From Anaerovoracaceae bacterium (lineage in GTDB: Bacteria; Bacillota; Clostridia; Peptostreptococcales; Anaerovoracaceae), in assembly GCA_045112795.1 (NCBI GenBank), contig JBGUIG010000017.1, forward strand, positions 18,323 to 82,322: 64,000 nucleotides of DNA, read 5' to 3'. How positions within the stretch are numbered: position 1 is the first letter of the stretch; each line of letters opens with the position of its first letter. This document shows positions 46,302 through 54,829 of the stretch, piece after piece. Made by a program: the position numbers and the translations under genes. The notes under the pieces were generated by a model. That model saw nothing but the letters and a program-made list of their open reading frames with translations. It made no database searches and was not told the DNA's origin.

Positions 46302-46526
46302 CGAAAATAACTCCTTTCTGATTGTCTTTCTCGGATAGTGTGTGCATCTGTTAACAGGTGAGCCTATTCTGGCACACATACACAATTCGGAGTCATGCCG
46401 ATGTGATTATGGCATTCGTGTTGATTGACATTATGAAATTGCTGCAACTCATGACTTCACCGCAGCAGCTTCGGAGTTATCCACATGAGGGATACTGTTA
46501 CACTATTTCTGGTTATTTAAGGCACA

Positions 46527-46572
46527 ACAAAACAGGAAGACGGAATTAAGTTATTCCGTCTTCCTGTTTTTA
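46527..46572 (-). terminator. rho-independent terminator after the 2174-aa adhesin gene
   Basis: 16-bp perfect stem AACAGGAAGACGGAAT / ATTCCGTCTTCCTGTT (46531-46568), flanked by A and T runs. Confidence 0.8.
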
Positions 46573-46620
46573 GTTAGCCATTATCTGTTGCCAGATAATC
46601 GGGAAAGTCTGTTGTAAGGA

Positions 46621-49600
46621 CTATTCCTCATCCTCACGGCGTCTCATTATGAGAAGTCCGCTTCCGCCTGCTGCTGCAAGTGCCATCAGTGCGAGCCATC
46701 CGCCGATGTTGTTGTCGTCGCCTGTCTTAGCGCCAGGTGTTGGCTCTTCTGGCTCTTCCGGTTCTTCAGGTGGTGTGTAGGTGTTGATGAACTCAGCTGA
46801 TCCGCCATCGATTGATACCTTAGCGACCAGTTTACCGTTCTTATCATCTGTTACAGTGATAGTTGCAGTATATACAGAGTCATCATATTCGAAGTTTTCA
46901 ACTTCTGTGTTAACTTCCTTGATCTTGTAGGTGTATGTACCCTCTTCTGTGAACTTGATTCCACCGAAGGTTACATTGCCGTTAGCGTCGTTTGTAGCGG
47001 ATGCTACTACCTCGCCGTCTGTGCTTTCAACTACGAATGCGAACTCTCCCTTAGTAAGGTCTGCGCCTTCGAGTGTCTTGTGTGCTTTGAGGTTGACTGT
47101 AACGTCTTCAGGCTTGTAAGTGTTTACAAAGCTCATTCCGTCTGCGCCGCTCATTGTTGCTGTCAGCTTACCGGCATCTGCATCATAATCAACTTTTACA
47201 GTGAATGTGTAAACAGTTTCGTCATATGTGACTCCGCCAAGGTCGCCCTTAATTTCGGATACAGTGTACTCGTATGTCTTGTCTGCATCCTTAGCTGTGA
47301 AGCTCAGCTGAGGGAATGTGACTTTGCCATCTGCGTCATTAGCAACAACTACGTTAGTGCCGTTACCCTTGAGTCTGAACTGGAACATACCTTCTTTCAG
47401 GTCTTTACCTGTCAGTGTCTTGGTTGCTTCAGGGTTGACTGTTGCAGGGTTTGGCTCGTACTGGTTATTGAATGTGACTACATCGCCATCCGGATATGTG
47501 ACTGCTGTTGTACATGTACCATCGCCGTTGTCTGTGACCTCGATGCTAACGTTATATTCGTTAGTATCATATGTGATCTTTCCGTTTTCAGTCTCAACAA
47601 CGCCTTCATCTTCTGCAGCGTATGCTACGAGCAGGAGTCTCTCGAAGATGCTTCCAGTCTGAACTTCCTCTTCAACCTTAGCTCCTTCACTTGCGGCTGG
47701 TGTTTCTTCTGCGGAAGGTGTTTCTTCTGCGGAAGGTGCTTCAGCCTGTGCTGCATCATCAGTATTTACTTCTTCAGTTGCAGCCGGTGTTCCTTCTTCT
47801 GCAGGTGTTTCTGTCTGAGCTTCTTCCGGTACTGCTTCTGTTCCGGCAGCTCCAGCATTCTCTGATGCTGCATCCTGAGTCTGCTCGCCTTCAGTTGTCT
47901 GTTCGCCTTCAGCCGGCTGCTCTTCTGAAGTGTTCTCTGATCCAGGTACTACCTCTTTGAGTTTGTAAGTGTATGTACCAGGTGTCAGATCCTCAATTTT
48001 GAATGTACCAGTCTGCTCATCCTTAGTCAGAGTCTTGGAATCAATCTTTTCTCCAGTACTGTCGTAGAGATCGATTGTGAACTCTTCTTCATCAGTCCAG
48101 TTCTTGCCCTCGAATACCTTCTTGATATCGATTTCAGCATCGCCCTTAGTGACGTATTCGTTTGTAAATGCTACTGACTCAGGGCTTACTGTAGCTACAA
48201 GCGTTCCGCCCTGGTCTTCTACGGTAACTGTGACAGTGTGCTTTGTCTCATCGTATGTGACGCCGCCAAGCTTGTGCTCGTCGTCAGGAATATCTTCACT
48301 TACAGTGTATTTGTACGTGTCAGCTCTGGTGTAGGTTGCTGAGATTGCAGCCGTACCATCTGCCTTTACAGTTCCTGTGATTCCTTCAGCAGGTACCGGA
48401 TCTCCGGCTACGGTTCCATCAGGTACCATCGTGAATGAGAACTCTCCAGCCTTAAGTGCTCTTACGCCAGTCAGTGTCTTGTTGATATTGACTGTTGCAG
48501 ATACTGGATCAGGTACGTACTTATTGGTGAATACGATCTGAGCTGCAGTCTTGTCAGCTTCTGCAACCAGCTCACCCTCACCATTGTCTGTAACTGTTAC
48601 TGTTACAGGATATTCAGTTGGATCATAGATGATGTTGCCAAGCTTGTGTGTCTTCTCATCAGCGCCCTCAGGGATGTTTTCCTTGATGGTGTAATTGAAG
48701 GACTTGCCTGCATCAGCAAGAGTGTAGTTGATGTCGCCGAAAACAACATTTCCGTCTGCGTCATTTGTACCAGTTGCTATTGGATTGCCTTCTGCATCAT
48801 ATACTGTGAAGCTGAATTCGTCTGGCTGGAGTGTTCTTCCTTCACCCTCGAGTACCTTCGTAGCGCCGAGGTTGATCTTTCCGGTAGCGTCGTAGGTGTT
48901 GGTGAATGTAGCGTTTTCCGGTGTATAAGTAACACTTGTGCTAAGTGTTCCGTCACCATTATCGGTTACACTGACTCTTGCTGTAATCTCATCAGGTGAT
49001 CCTGTCCAGCCAGCGCCGAAGCTGCTCTCTGTTACTGTGTAAGTGTAGGTCTTGCCCGCATCTGCCGCAGTGTATGTAATAGGAGCAAATGTCGCTTTGC
49101 CAGCTGCTGTCAGGTCAACAGTCGTAGTCTCAGGAAGTGTTCCGCCTTCACCTGCGAGTGTGAATGTCAGAGTCTTGCCTTCCGGCCATTCTGCACCAGC
49201 AAGTGCCTTTGTTACTTCGATTACAGCTGAGCCTGAAGCCTCGTATGTATTAGTAATTGTGTCATTTTCCGGATCATATGATACTGCAGTTGAAAGAGTT
49301 CCGTCACCATTGTCTGTTACTTCTACAGTAGCAGTGATATCTCCGGAGCCTGTCCATCCTTTGCCGAAGCCATCCTCGCTGATTGTGTAGGTGTAGGTCT
49401 TGCCTGCATCTGCCTCAGTGTATGTAATGGCTCCGAAGGTTGCCTTTCCAGGCTCACTCAGCGAAACGGTCTTAGTAGTAGGAAGTGTTCCGCCTTCACC
49501 TGCGAGTGTGAATGTGATCGTCTTTCCTGACGGCCATGCTGCGCCATCAATAGCCTTAGTAGCTTCGAGTATTGCAGTACCTGTTGCCGTATAGGTGTTT

Positions 49601-52600
49601 GTGAATGTAGCATCCTCAGGTGAGTATGTTACCTCTGTTCCAAGAGTTCCGTCACCGTTGTCTGTTATTTCTACTGTTGCTGTAATGGAAGCAGGTGTTC
49701 CTGTCCATCCAGCGCCAAAGCCATCTTCAGTAACTGTGTAAGTATATGTCTTGCCTGCATCAGACAGGGCATATTCGATAGGTCCGAATGTTACAGAACC
49801 AGCTGCTGACAGAGTAGCAGTTGTTTCTTCTGGCATTGGTGCATTGCCTGTTCCTTCAAGTGTCAGGGTCAGAGTCTTGCCGCTTGGCCAAGCTGCGCCA
49901 ACAAGTTCCTTAGATACTACGATACTTGCTTCACCATCTGCATCGTATTCGTTAGTGAATGAGAGCTGTACCTGATCGGTTGTAGGTGTGACTGTCAGTT
50001 TGCCTGTGCCATCATCTTCAACGGTGAATGTAAGAGTCTTACCTGTTTCAGCATCAGGGTCATTAGTTACGCCATCTACCTCACCAGACTCAGTAATCTT
50101 GTATTCATATGTGCCAGGCATTGTGAATGTGATTACACCAAACTCATAGTAGCCAGTCTTGCCCTCAAGTTCGTACTCAGCACTATTGGTGATCTCTGTA
50201 TTAGCAGGCATCGGAGCGCCTTCTGTAACTGCCTCGATTGTGAATGTGAAATCGCCTCCGTTATAGAGATCTTCATTGTTTGTGATTATCTTCTGTACCG
50301 GTGGGTCTACCGAAACAGGAGTTGGGTTGTATGTGTTTGTAACTGTGAATGTTACAGTGCCGTCCTCAGCGGTTGTCTTTTCCGGTCCGGACTTGGTATA
50401 TCCTGTAGGAACGGCTGTCTCGTCTGCTGTATAAACGATTTCTTCTCCATCACTATACTTAGGAAGATTCTCCCATGTGTATGTCCACTCGTTATCTTCA
50501 TTGAGTGTAACTGGATCACCGGAAGCCGTTCCGTCAGCCTTGAGCTGTGCCTGAATCGATGCAGGACGGATCTTGCCGATATCATCGGAATCATCCCAAA
50601 CCTTAGCGACTGTAACACTAGTTACCTCCGGCTCATGAGTGTTGGTAATGGTACCATGATCCTCAGCCGGGCTACCTTCAGTGGTATAACCATCGATAGC
50701 AGACTCAGTTACTGTGTACTTTACCTCTTCGCCATTGTCGTAACGTGGCAGGCCAGTGTATGTAATGGTATATGTTCCGTCTTCATTGTCAACAATTGTA
50801 GGCTCTTTGCCTTCTACTGCCGGTGACAGAGTCAGCTTTGCCTTCAGTTCGTCAGCTGTCAGACGCATGCCGTCCTGATCGTCATTATCATCCCACTCCT
50901 TGGTGACCTCGAGATCAGTCAGAGCGTAGTCGTTAGTGTACTTAACAGCATAGCTTGTCTTGGTATTCTCAATCGTACCTGTAGTGGTCTGAGCGCCATT
51001 GAATGTGGAGTCTTCGCCTGTTGTCAGCTCAGAGCTTACGAATGCAAAGTTATCAGCAAGGGTTTCATCAAATGTGTATGTCGTACCAGTAGGCAGGTTC
51101 AGGAAACGCAGGCTCCAACCTGCTCCAATCTCTACATTGAAGGTAGTACCATTTGGTGCATAGTAATATCCGCCGCTGTCTTCTATGACTCCGCTGCCCA
51201 GATCAAGGCCTGTAACACCCTGTCCGTTTTCGTCACGGATCGAGAGCCAGATCCAATAGTCAGACTCATGTTTCGGGTCATCCTGTTCGGAAGGTGCAGT
51301 GGAAGGAGCCTTCGGGTTATTAACTGTAAGTGCGAACGGGAATTTCGCATCCTTAGGTGCATCTTCACCGGTAACGACTTTTGTAAGGTTCAGGTTTGAA
51401 CGACGGTGGTTGACAGCCGTCAGACCTGCTGCATCTTTATCTACATAATATGTAGCGCCCTTAATCGTATATGTATCAGCTCCTGAAGGTGCTGGATGAT
51501 CGTCATCGACCTTGACAAGCATCGTTTTTACGCCGTCAATAAGCATCGGGTGAACAGTAGGGGTTTCAAGTTCCCAATGATACTGAGTATCGTCGAGCTC
51601 AGCGAACTTGAAATCGTGGCCTTCAGCTCCGGAAAGAACCTGACCATCTTTGATAATACCTATGGAAATGAAGGATGATGTTGACCAACCGCTAGCCTCC
51701 GTCATTGTAGTTGTATGGAATGCCTCATTATCCATGAGAACAGTCATCTCAAGGCTGTCTGTGTCTGGATCTCCACCTTCCCACTCCTTGGTTGCGGTCA
51801 GTGTTTCTGCATCAGTTTTAACCGGGTCAGGGTTGGTGTAGCCAGCAGTCTGTCTGCCAGCATCATCACGGGTATCGTCCCACGCAATGCCTGCATTCGT
51901 GTTGGTACGCAGGGAGTATGAACCGCCGCCATTGTCAACGATGTACTTCTTGATCTCGGAATCGAGAGAATCGTAAGTGATATCGCCATTCTTCAGCTGA
52001 GCGATAGTGTCGTAGGTGTACTGGCTAGGATAGCAGTCAAAAGTAACTGTGTACCTTACGCCGTTTTCAAGTACGCCAATCGAGGAGAGATCCCATTCGA
52101 CCTCACCGTTAACGATCTTGGCTTCCGGTGCGTCATTCCAAGGTTCCATGCTACCATGATCTCCGCCCGAACGGTAGTACTTGAAGTTCGGAACGAGTTC
52201 GAGGAGTTCAGCTACCTCGCCGGAGGTTGTAGTTACCTGATTGGTAGTACCATCATCGATCTCAGCGTCAGCAAAGCCTGCCATCTCGATCTTGGCAAGG
52301 ATGTCGGCGATAGCCTGATTCAGAGCTGCAGTATCCTGTGCGCTGTAGTAGTTTGTTGATGAATCTGATCCTGCATCATCAGTCAGCTGCTCCATACGGT
52401 CAACGTTACCGAATGCACCGATGGTAAAGAAGTTTGCAGGTGTAACCTTTGTAGCAAGTGCCTGCGCATCATCAACCGCAGTTGTGTAACATCTCTGAAT
52501 ATTCTGGGTGGTTTCCTGACCAGAACCCCACTGCTGATACTGATAGCTCCAGTCATTCCAGCCGTTCTGTGTTGTACGGAATGTCGGGTTACCATCGGAA

Positions 52601-53145
52601 ACGAACACTGCGAATGTCTGGTCATCATCACCAAAGCTAACTCCATTGGCTGTCTGAAGAGCAGATTCCCAGTTAGTTCCGCCGTTTCCTTGGTTGCCCA
52701 AGCCATTAACGGCACTTCTGAAAGTTGCAGCACTATTCGTAGGCTGCTGCGCAACACTGGATGATGTCGCAAAGCGTACGAGTGCCATCTCAACAGTATT
52801 AGGCTCACTTGCTGTATTGTATGCATACAGTGAGTTAGCCAGGCTGTTGACAGCATTCTTAGCTGCGGTCATTCTCTGCTGTGTCATTGAGCCCGATGTA
52901 TCAACGATAACTATAACGTTGACATTGTTCGGCTTTTTTTCAGATTCACCGACGATGTCAAGTGATATCGTATAGGTACCGTCCTGATTGTCGGTGATGT
53001 TCTTGGTGTGCGGCGGGGTGCTGCCAGCTGCCGCATAGGCTGTACTGTTTAAGAACAGTCCCGGTATCATTGTCCATACCATCATGAATGACAGCAAGGT
53101 AGTGAATACCGAGTTCACCCATCTTTTTCTTCTTGTCTCTTTCAT
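46621..53145 (-). CDS. giant wall-anchored adhesin: N-terminal vWFA domain, CnaB-type domains, many Spy0128/FctA-type repeats
   Basis: Signal peptide. MIDAS motif VIVDTSGSM with downstream GGTNWESAL and VFVSDGNPT (vWFA). Two clear CnaB blocks (VTKEWDDNDDQDG...YTVTESAIDGYT; VAKVWDDSDDIGKIRP...YTADETAVPTGYT). At least 12 repeats of the F.FT(L/V)...P.P....ATF..I.Y...G.Y.Y.V.E type. Sorting signal: GAKTGDD, TM segment, RRREDEE. Confidence 0.85.
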   Translation of the reverse strand: MKETRRKRWVNSVFTTLLSFMMVWTMIPGLFLNSTAYAAAGSTPPHTKNITDNQDGTYTISLDIVGESEKKPNNVNVIVIVDTSGSMTQQRMTAAKNAVNSLANSLYAYNTASEPNTVEMALVRFATSSSVAQQPTNSAATFRSAVNGLGNQGNGGTNWESALQTANGVSFGDDDQTFAVFVSDGNPTFRTTQNGWNDWSYQYQQWGSGQETTQNIQRCYTTAVDDAQALATKVTPANFFTIGAFGNVDRMEQLTDDAGSDSSTNYYSAQDTAALNQAIADILAKIEMAGFADAEIDDGTTNQVTTTSGEVAELLELVPNFKYYRSGGDHGSMEPWNDAPEAKIVNGEVEWDLSSIGVLENGVRYTVTFDCYPSQYTYDTIAQLKNGDITYDSLDSEIKKYIVDNGGGSYSLRTNTNAGIAWDDTRDDAGRQTAGYTNPDPVKTDAETLTATKEWEGGDPDTDSLEMTVLMDNEAFHTTTMTEASGWSTSSFISIGIIKDGQVLSGAEGHDFKFAELDDTQYHWELETPTVHPMLIDGVKTMLVKVDDDHPAPSGADTYTIKGATYYVDKDAAGLTAVNHRRSNLNLTKVVTGEDAPKDAKFPFALTVNNPKAPSTAPSEQDDPKHESDYWIWLSIRDENGQGVTGLDLGSGVIEDSGGYYYAPNGTTFNVEIGAGWSLRFLNLPTGTTYTFDETLADNFAFVSSELTTGEDSTFNGAQTTTGTIENTKTSYAVKYTNDYALTDLEVTKEWDDNDDQDGMRLTADELKAKLTLSPAVEGKEPTIVDNEDGTYTITYTGLPRYDNGEEVKYTVTESAIDGYTTEGSPAEDHGTITNTHEPEVTSVTVAKVWDDSDDIGKIRPASIQAQLKADGTASGDPVTLNEDNEWTYTWENLPKYSDGEEIVYTADETAVPTGYTKSGPEKTTAEDGTVTFTVTNTYNPTPVSVDPPVQKIITNNEDLYNGGDFTFTIEAVTEGAPMPANTEITNSAEYELEGKTGYYEFGVITFTMPGTYEYKITESGEVDGVTNDPDAETGKTLTFTVEDDGTGKLTVTPTTDQVQLSFTNEYDADGEASIVVSKELVGAAWPSGKTLTLTLEGTGNAPMPEETTATLSAAGSVTFGPIEYALSDAGKTYTYTVTEDGFGAGWTGTPASITATVEITDNGDGTLGTEVTYSPEDATFTNTYTATGTAILEATKAIDGAAWPSGKTITFTLAGEGGTLPTTKTVSLSEPGKATFGAITYTEADAGKTYTYTISEDGFGKGWTGSGDITATVEVTDNGDGTLSTAVSYDPENDTITNTYEASGSAVIEVTKALAGAEWPEGKTLTFTLAGEGGTLPETTTVDLTAAGKATFAPITYTAADAGKTYTYTVTESSFGAGWTGSPDEITARVSVTDNGDGTLSTSVTYTPENATFTNTYDATGKINLGATKVLEGEGRTLQPDEFSFTVYDAEGNPIATGTNDADGNVVFGDINYTLADAGKSFNYTIKENIPEGADEKTHKLGNIIYDPTEYPVTVTVTDNGEGELVAEADKTAAQIVFTNKYVPDPVSATVNINKTLTGVRALKAGEFSFTMVPDGTVAGDPVPAEGITGTVKADGTAAISATYTRADTYKYTVSEDIPDDEHKLGGVTYDETKHTVTVTVEDQGGTLVATVSPESVAFTNEYVTKGDAEIDIKKVFEGKNWTDEEEFTIDLYDSTGEKIDSKTLTKDEQTGTFKIEDLTPGTYTYKLKEVVPGSENTSEEQPAEGEQTTEGEQTQDAASENAGAAGTEAVPEEAQTETPAEEGTPAATEEVNTDDAAQAEAPSAEETPSAEETPAASEGAKVEEEVQTGSIFERLLLVAYAAEDEGVVETENGKITYDTNEYNVSIEVTDNGDGTCTTAVTYPDGDVVTFNNQYEPNPATVNPEATKTLTGKDLKEGMFQFRLKGNGTNVVVANDADGKVTFPQLSFTAKDADKTYEYTVSEIKGDLGGVTYDETVYTFTVKVDYDADAGKLTATMSGADGMSFVNTYKPEDVTVNLKAHKTLEGADLTKGEFAFVVESTDGEVVASATNDANGNVTFGGIKFTEEGTYTYKIKEVNTEVENFEYDDSVYTATITVTDDKNGKLVAKVSIDGGSAEFINTYTPPEEPEEPEEPTPGAKTGDDNNIGGWLALMALAAAGGSGLLIMRRREDEE
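48893..49950. repeat. three tandem ~350-bp coding repeats inside the 2174-aa adhesin gene
   Basis: The period is visible from near-identical DNA starting at 49052, 49400 and 49751 (for example cttgcc.gcatctgcc.cagtgtatgtaat). The encoded units are ...AWP.GKT.TFTLAGEGGTLP...AGKTYTYT..E..FG.GWTG...TDNGDGTLST... Confidence 0.85.
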
Positions 53146-53274
53146 AATTACTTCCCCTTAGCCTTCAAAATTTCCATCCAATAGTTTAACTAAAATATAG
53201 GTATTTATAGGATGATGGGCAAAAGCTGCGGCGGACAATTTCTTCGCAAAAATGATCCTTTTACTGCATTACGT

Positions 53275-53313
53275 CGCGTTTAATGCGCAACAAAACAATA
53301 GAAATGTCGCAGT
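53275..53313 (-). promoter_or_regulatory. CGCAAC-type phased hexamers upstream of the vWFA adhesin gene (site B1)
   Basis: CGCGTT (53275), CGCAAC (53286) and CGCAGT (53308) sit on an 11/22-bp register. The core reads TGCGCAACAAAAC. Confidence 0.3.
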
Positions 53314-53348
53314 TTGCCTTTATACATATCGTATACTACCCGTAATCA

Positions 53349-53365
53349 CGCATCGCAAGCGCAAC
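53349..53365 (-). promoter_or_regulatory. CGCATC-N5-CGCAAC direct repeat upstream of the vWFA adhesin gene (site B2)
   Basis: CGCATC at 53349-53354 and CGCAAC at 53360-53365, an 11-bp spacing, followed by AAAAA. Confidence 0.35.
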
Positions 53366-53612
53366 AAAAATGGGTGTTTTTGTCGTTTCCTTTACATAAT
53401 TTAATAAAATATTTTGCATCTTTTATCATCCATTAGCATTATCTTCCTAATTGTCCATTTTTCTTCATTTTTTAACGCTTTCATATACTTATCTATCATT
53501 TTCGTAATGCATACGGTACTCTAATGGTGAAGCTATATCTAGCAGCAAAGTCATTCTTGTGTCATATCAAAGTTCACAAGAAATGACTCACATCTGGCAT
53601 AGTATGAGCGTA

Positions 53613-53638
53613 CAAAAAGAGGGAGTATAGCTCCCTCT
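53613..53638 (-). terminator. rho-independent terminator after the regulator gene
   Basis: On the minus strand, AGAGGGAG-ctata-CTCCCTCT hairpin followed by TTTTTG. Confidence 0.75.
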
Positions 53639-53693
53639 AATCTAATCAGTTTACATGGATTAAAAGATTCCGGGCAGCGAAATGCGCAACATG

Positions 53694-54473
53694 CTACTTC
53701 TGCAGCTGGTACAGGCTTCCGCTTGTCATTTCTGCCCATGAATACTGGGCCATATATTCGCCTCTGAAACGGTCACGTTCTTTCTTATCACCCTCTAGGA
53801 AATCGTAATAATCACATGAAAGCTTCTCAACATTAACTGCCCATGTGTTCCATTGCTTTACAAGGATATCTGCAGCACCCACAGCATCCAGATCTTTTCT
53901 CAGGCTTGACATGATCATTCTGCACTGTGACTTGAGGTTCTTATCGACTACCCTGTTTTCCCAAAGCGTATTGCATATCTCATTAATAGTACATGCAGCA
54001 CCTCTGCGGTCCACAAGATATGCAAGAGCTTCTTTGCCGAGTGACCGGCTGAAGCGAATAGCAACACCATCGGACATCGCTTCAAAGTTTCCGAAGCACT
54101 GTATTCTGAGATTTTTTGATGGCTGAACAGGATATCTGAGATTCTGCAGTTCCGCTAAAACCTTCCCTTCTTCAACCGGCTCAAGAATAAATCCACTGGC
54201 ATGCACACGGAATGCTTCAGCTGCATTATGCATATCATCAGAAATAAATATCCAGTTAATACCTGCTGGCAGCTCATCCGAATCTGCAGTGAAAGCAAAA
54301 CTGTCAGGCGAAGCATCAAGCCATACAACATCAGGCTTTGACGCACCAATCGAAGCTCTTAGTTCATCAAAACTATCTACGAAACTGAATTGACCACGCG
54401 GATCAAAATATTGAGACGAACCCTCAATAATCCTGGCCACTTCTATATTTGAGACAAAACAAACCGATATCAT
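53694..54473 (-). CDS. orphan response-regulator-like transcription factor: atypical receiver plus SARP/OmpR-type winged helix
   Basis: The wHTH block is LRIQCFGNFEAMSDGVAIRFSRSLGKEALAYLVDRRGAACTINEICNTLWEN...LRKDL. The N-terminal receiver-like fold keeps the putative acceptor Asp (VVWLDA), but lacks the acidic pair (CFVSN instead of DD/DE) and has Glu where the conserved Lys sits (GFILEP). The start is either ATG 54473 (GGGGG 8 nt upstream) or GTG 54488. Confidence 0.75.
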   Translation of the reverse strand: MISVCFVSNIEVARIIEGSSQYFDPRGQFSFVDSFDELRASIGASKPDVVWLDASPDSFAFTADSDELPAGINWIFISDDMHNAAEAFRVHASGFILEPVEEGKVLAELQNLRYPVQPSKNLRIQCFGNFEAMSDGVAIRFSRSLGKEALAYLVDRRGAACTINEICNTLWENRVVDKNLKSQCRMIMSSLRKDLDAVGAADILVKQWNTWAVNVEKLSCDYYDFLEGDKKERDRFRGEYMAQYSWAEMTSGSLYQLQK

Positions 54474-54563
54474 TGTCTGTACCCCCACATCAATGATTTG
54501 CCCCTCACAAATAAGAAGTTATCTCCCCTTATAACATATGATACCCTATTATTGAACAATTAG

Positions 54564-54590
54564 CGCAACAAATGCGCACCTATTGTTGCG
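54564..54590 (-). promoter_or_regulatory. CGCAAC-N5-CGCACC direct repeat plus inverted GTTGCG upstream of the regulator gene
   Basis: CGCAAC 54564-54569 and CGCACC 54575-54580 (11-bp spacing), plus GTTGCG 54585-54590 (inverted). On the minus strand the cluster lies just upstream of a candidate TTCAAT-17-TGTTATAAG promoter. Confidence 0.35.
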
Positions 54591-54671
54591 TTTGTTCCTC
54601 GCTTCGGAACAGACCGCCAAACTTTACCCCATGTTCATGTGATCTATCGCAATTTGACGATTTTTTGCACA

Positions 54672-54722
54672 ATAAAACAGGAAGACGAAACCCTGATTGA
54701 TTCCGTCTTCCTGTTTTGTTTT
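54672..54722 (-). terminator. rho-independent terminator after the 2484-aa adhesin gene
   Basis: AAAACAGGAAGACG (54675-54688) pairs with CGTCTTCCTGTTTT (54704-54717). The stem sequence is the same as in the 46531-46568 terminator. Confidence 0.8.
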
Positions 54723-54829
54723 GTCGATGCTCAGATAATCGTCATTCGTTAATCGATCAGATTACCTGATCTCGAACGCCTCCGTTGCTTTAGAGGTTTG
54801 ATTTTCTGTTAGAAGAAAGTCTGTATAGA

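Noticed and set aside
46340-46378. Hairpin TGTGTGC...GCACACA enclosing the palindrome CTGTTAACAG in the 5' leader of the backbone-pilin gene, considered as a possible operator or invertible switch.
   Set aside because: It is a single 7-bp stem with no second inverted-repeat partner, no nearby recombinase gene and no similarity to the CGCAAC sites. Evidence for a regulatory call is insufficient.
47080-47865. 261-aa Cys-rich plus-strand ORF, and many other 60-220-aa plus-strand ORFs across 46.9-62.3 kb (for example 61646..62308, 55646..56146, 59669..60250).
   Set aside because: All are antisense to the two giant adhesin ORFs. The repetitive, Thr/Gly/Asp/Glu-rich sense coding removes antisense stops. 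None has a ribosome-binding site, and their periodicity simply mirrors the sense-strand repeats.
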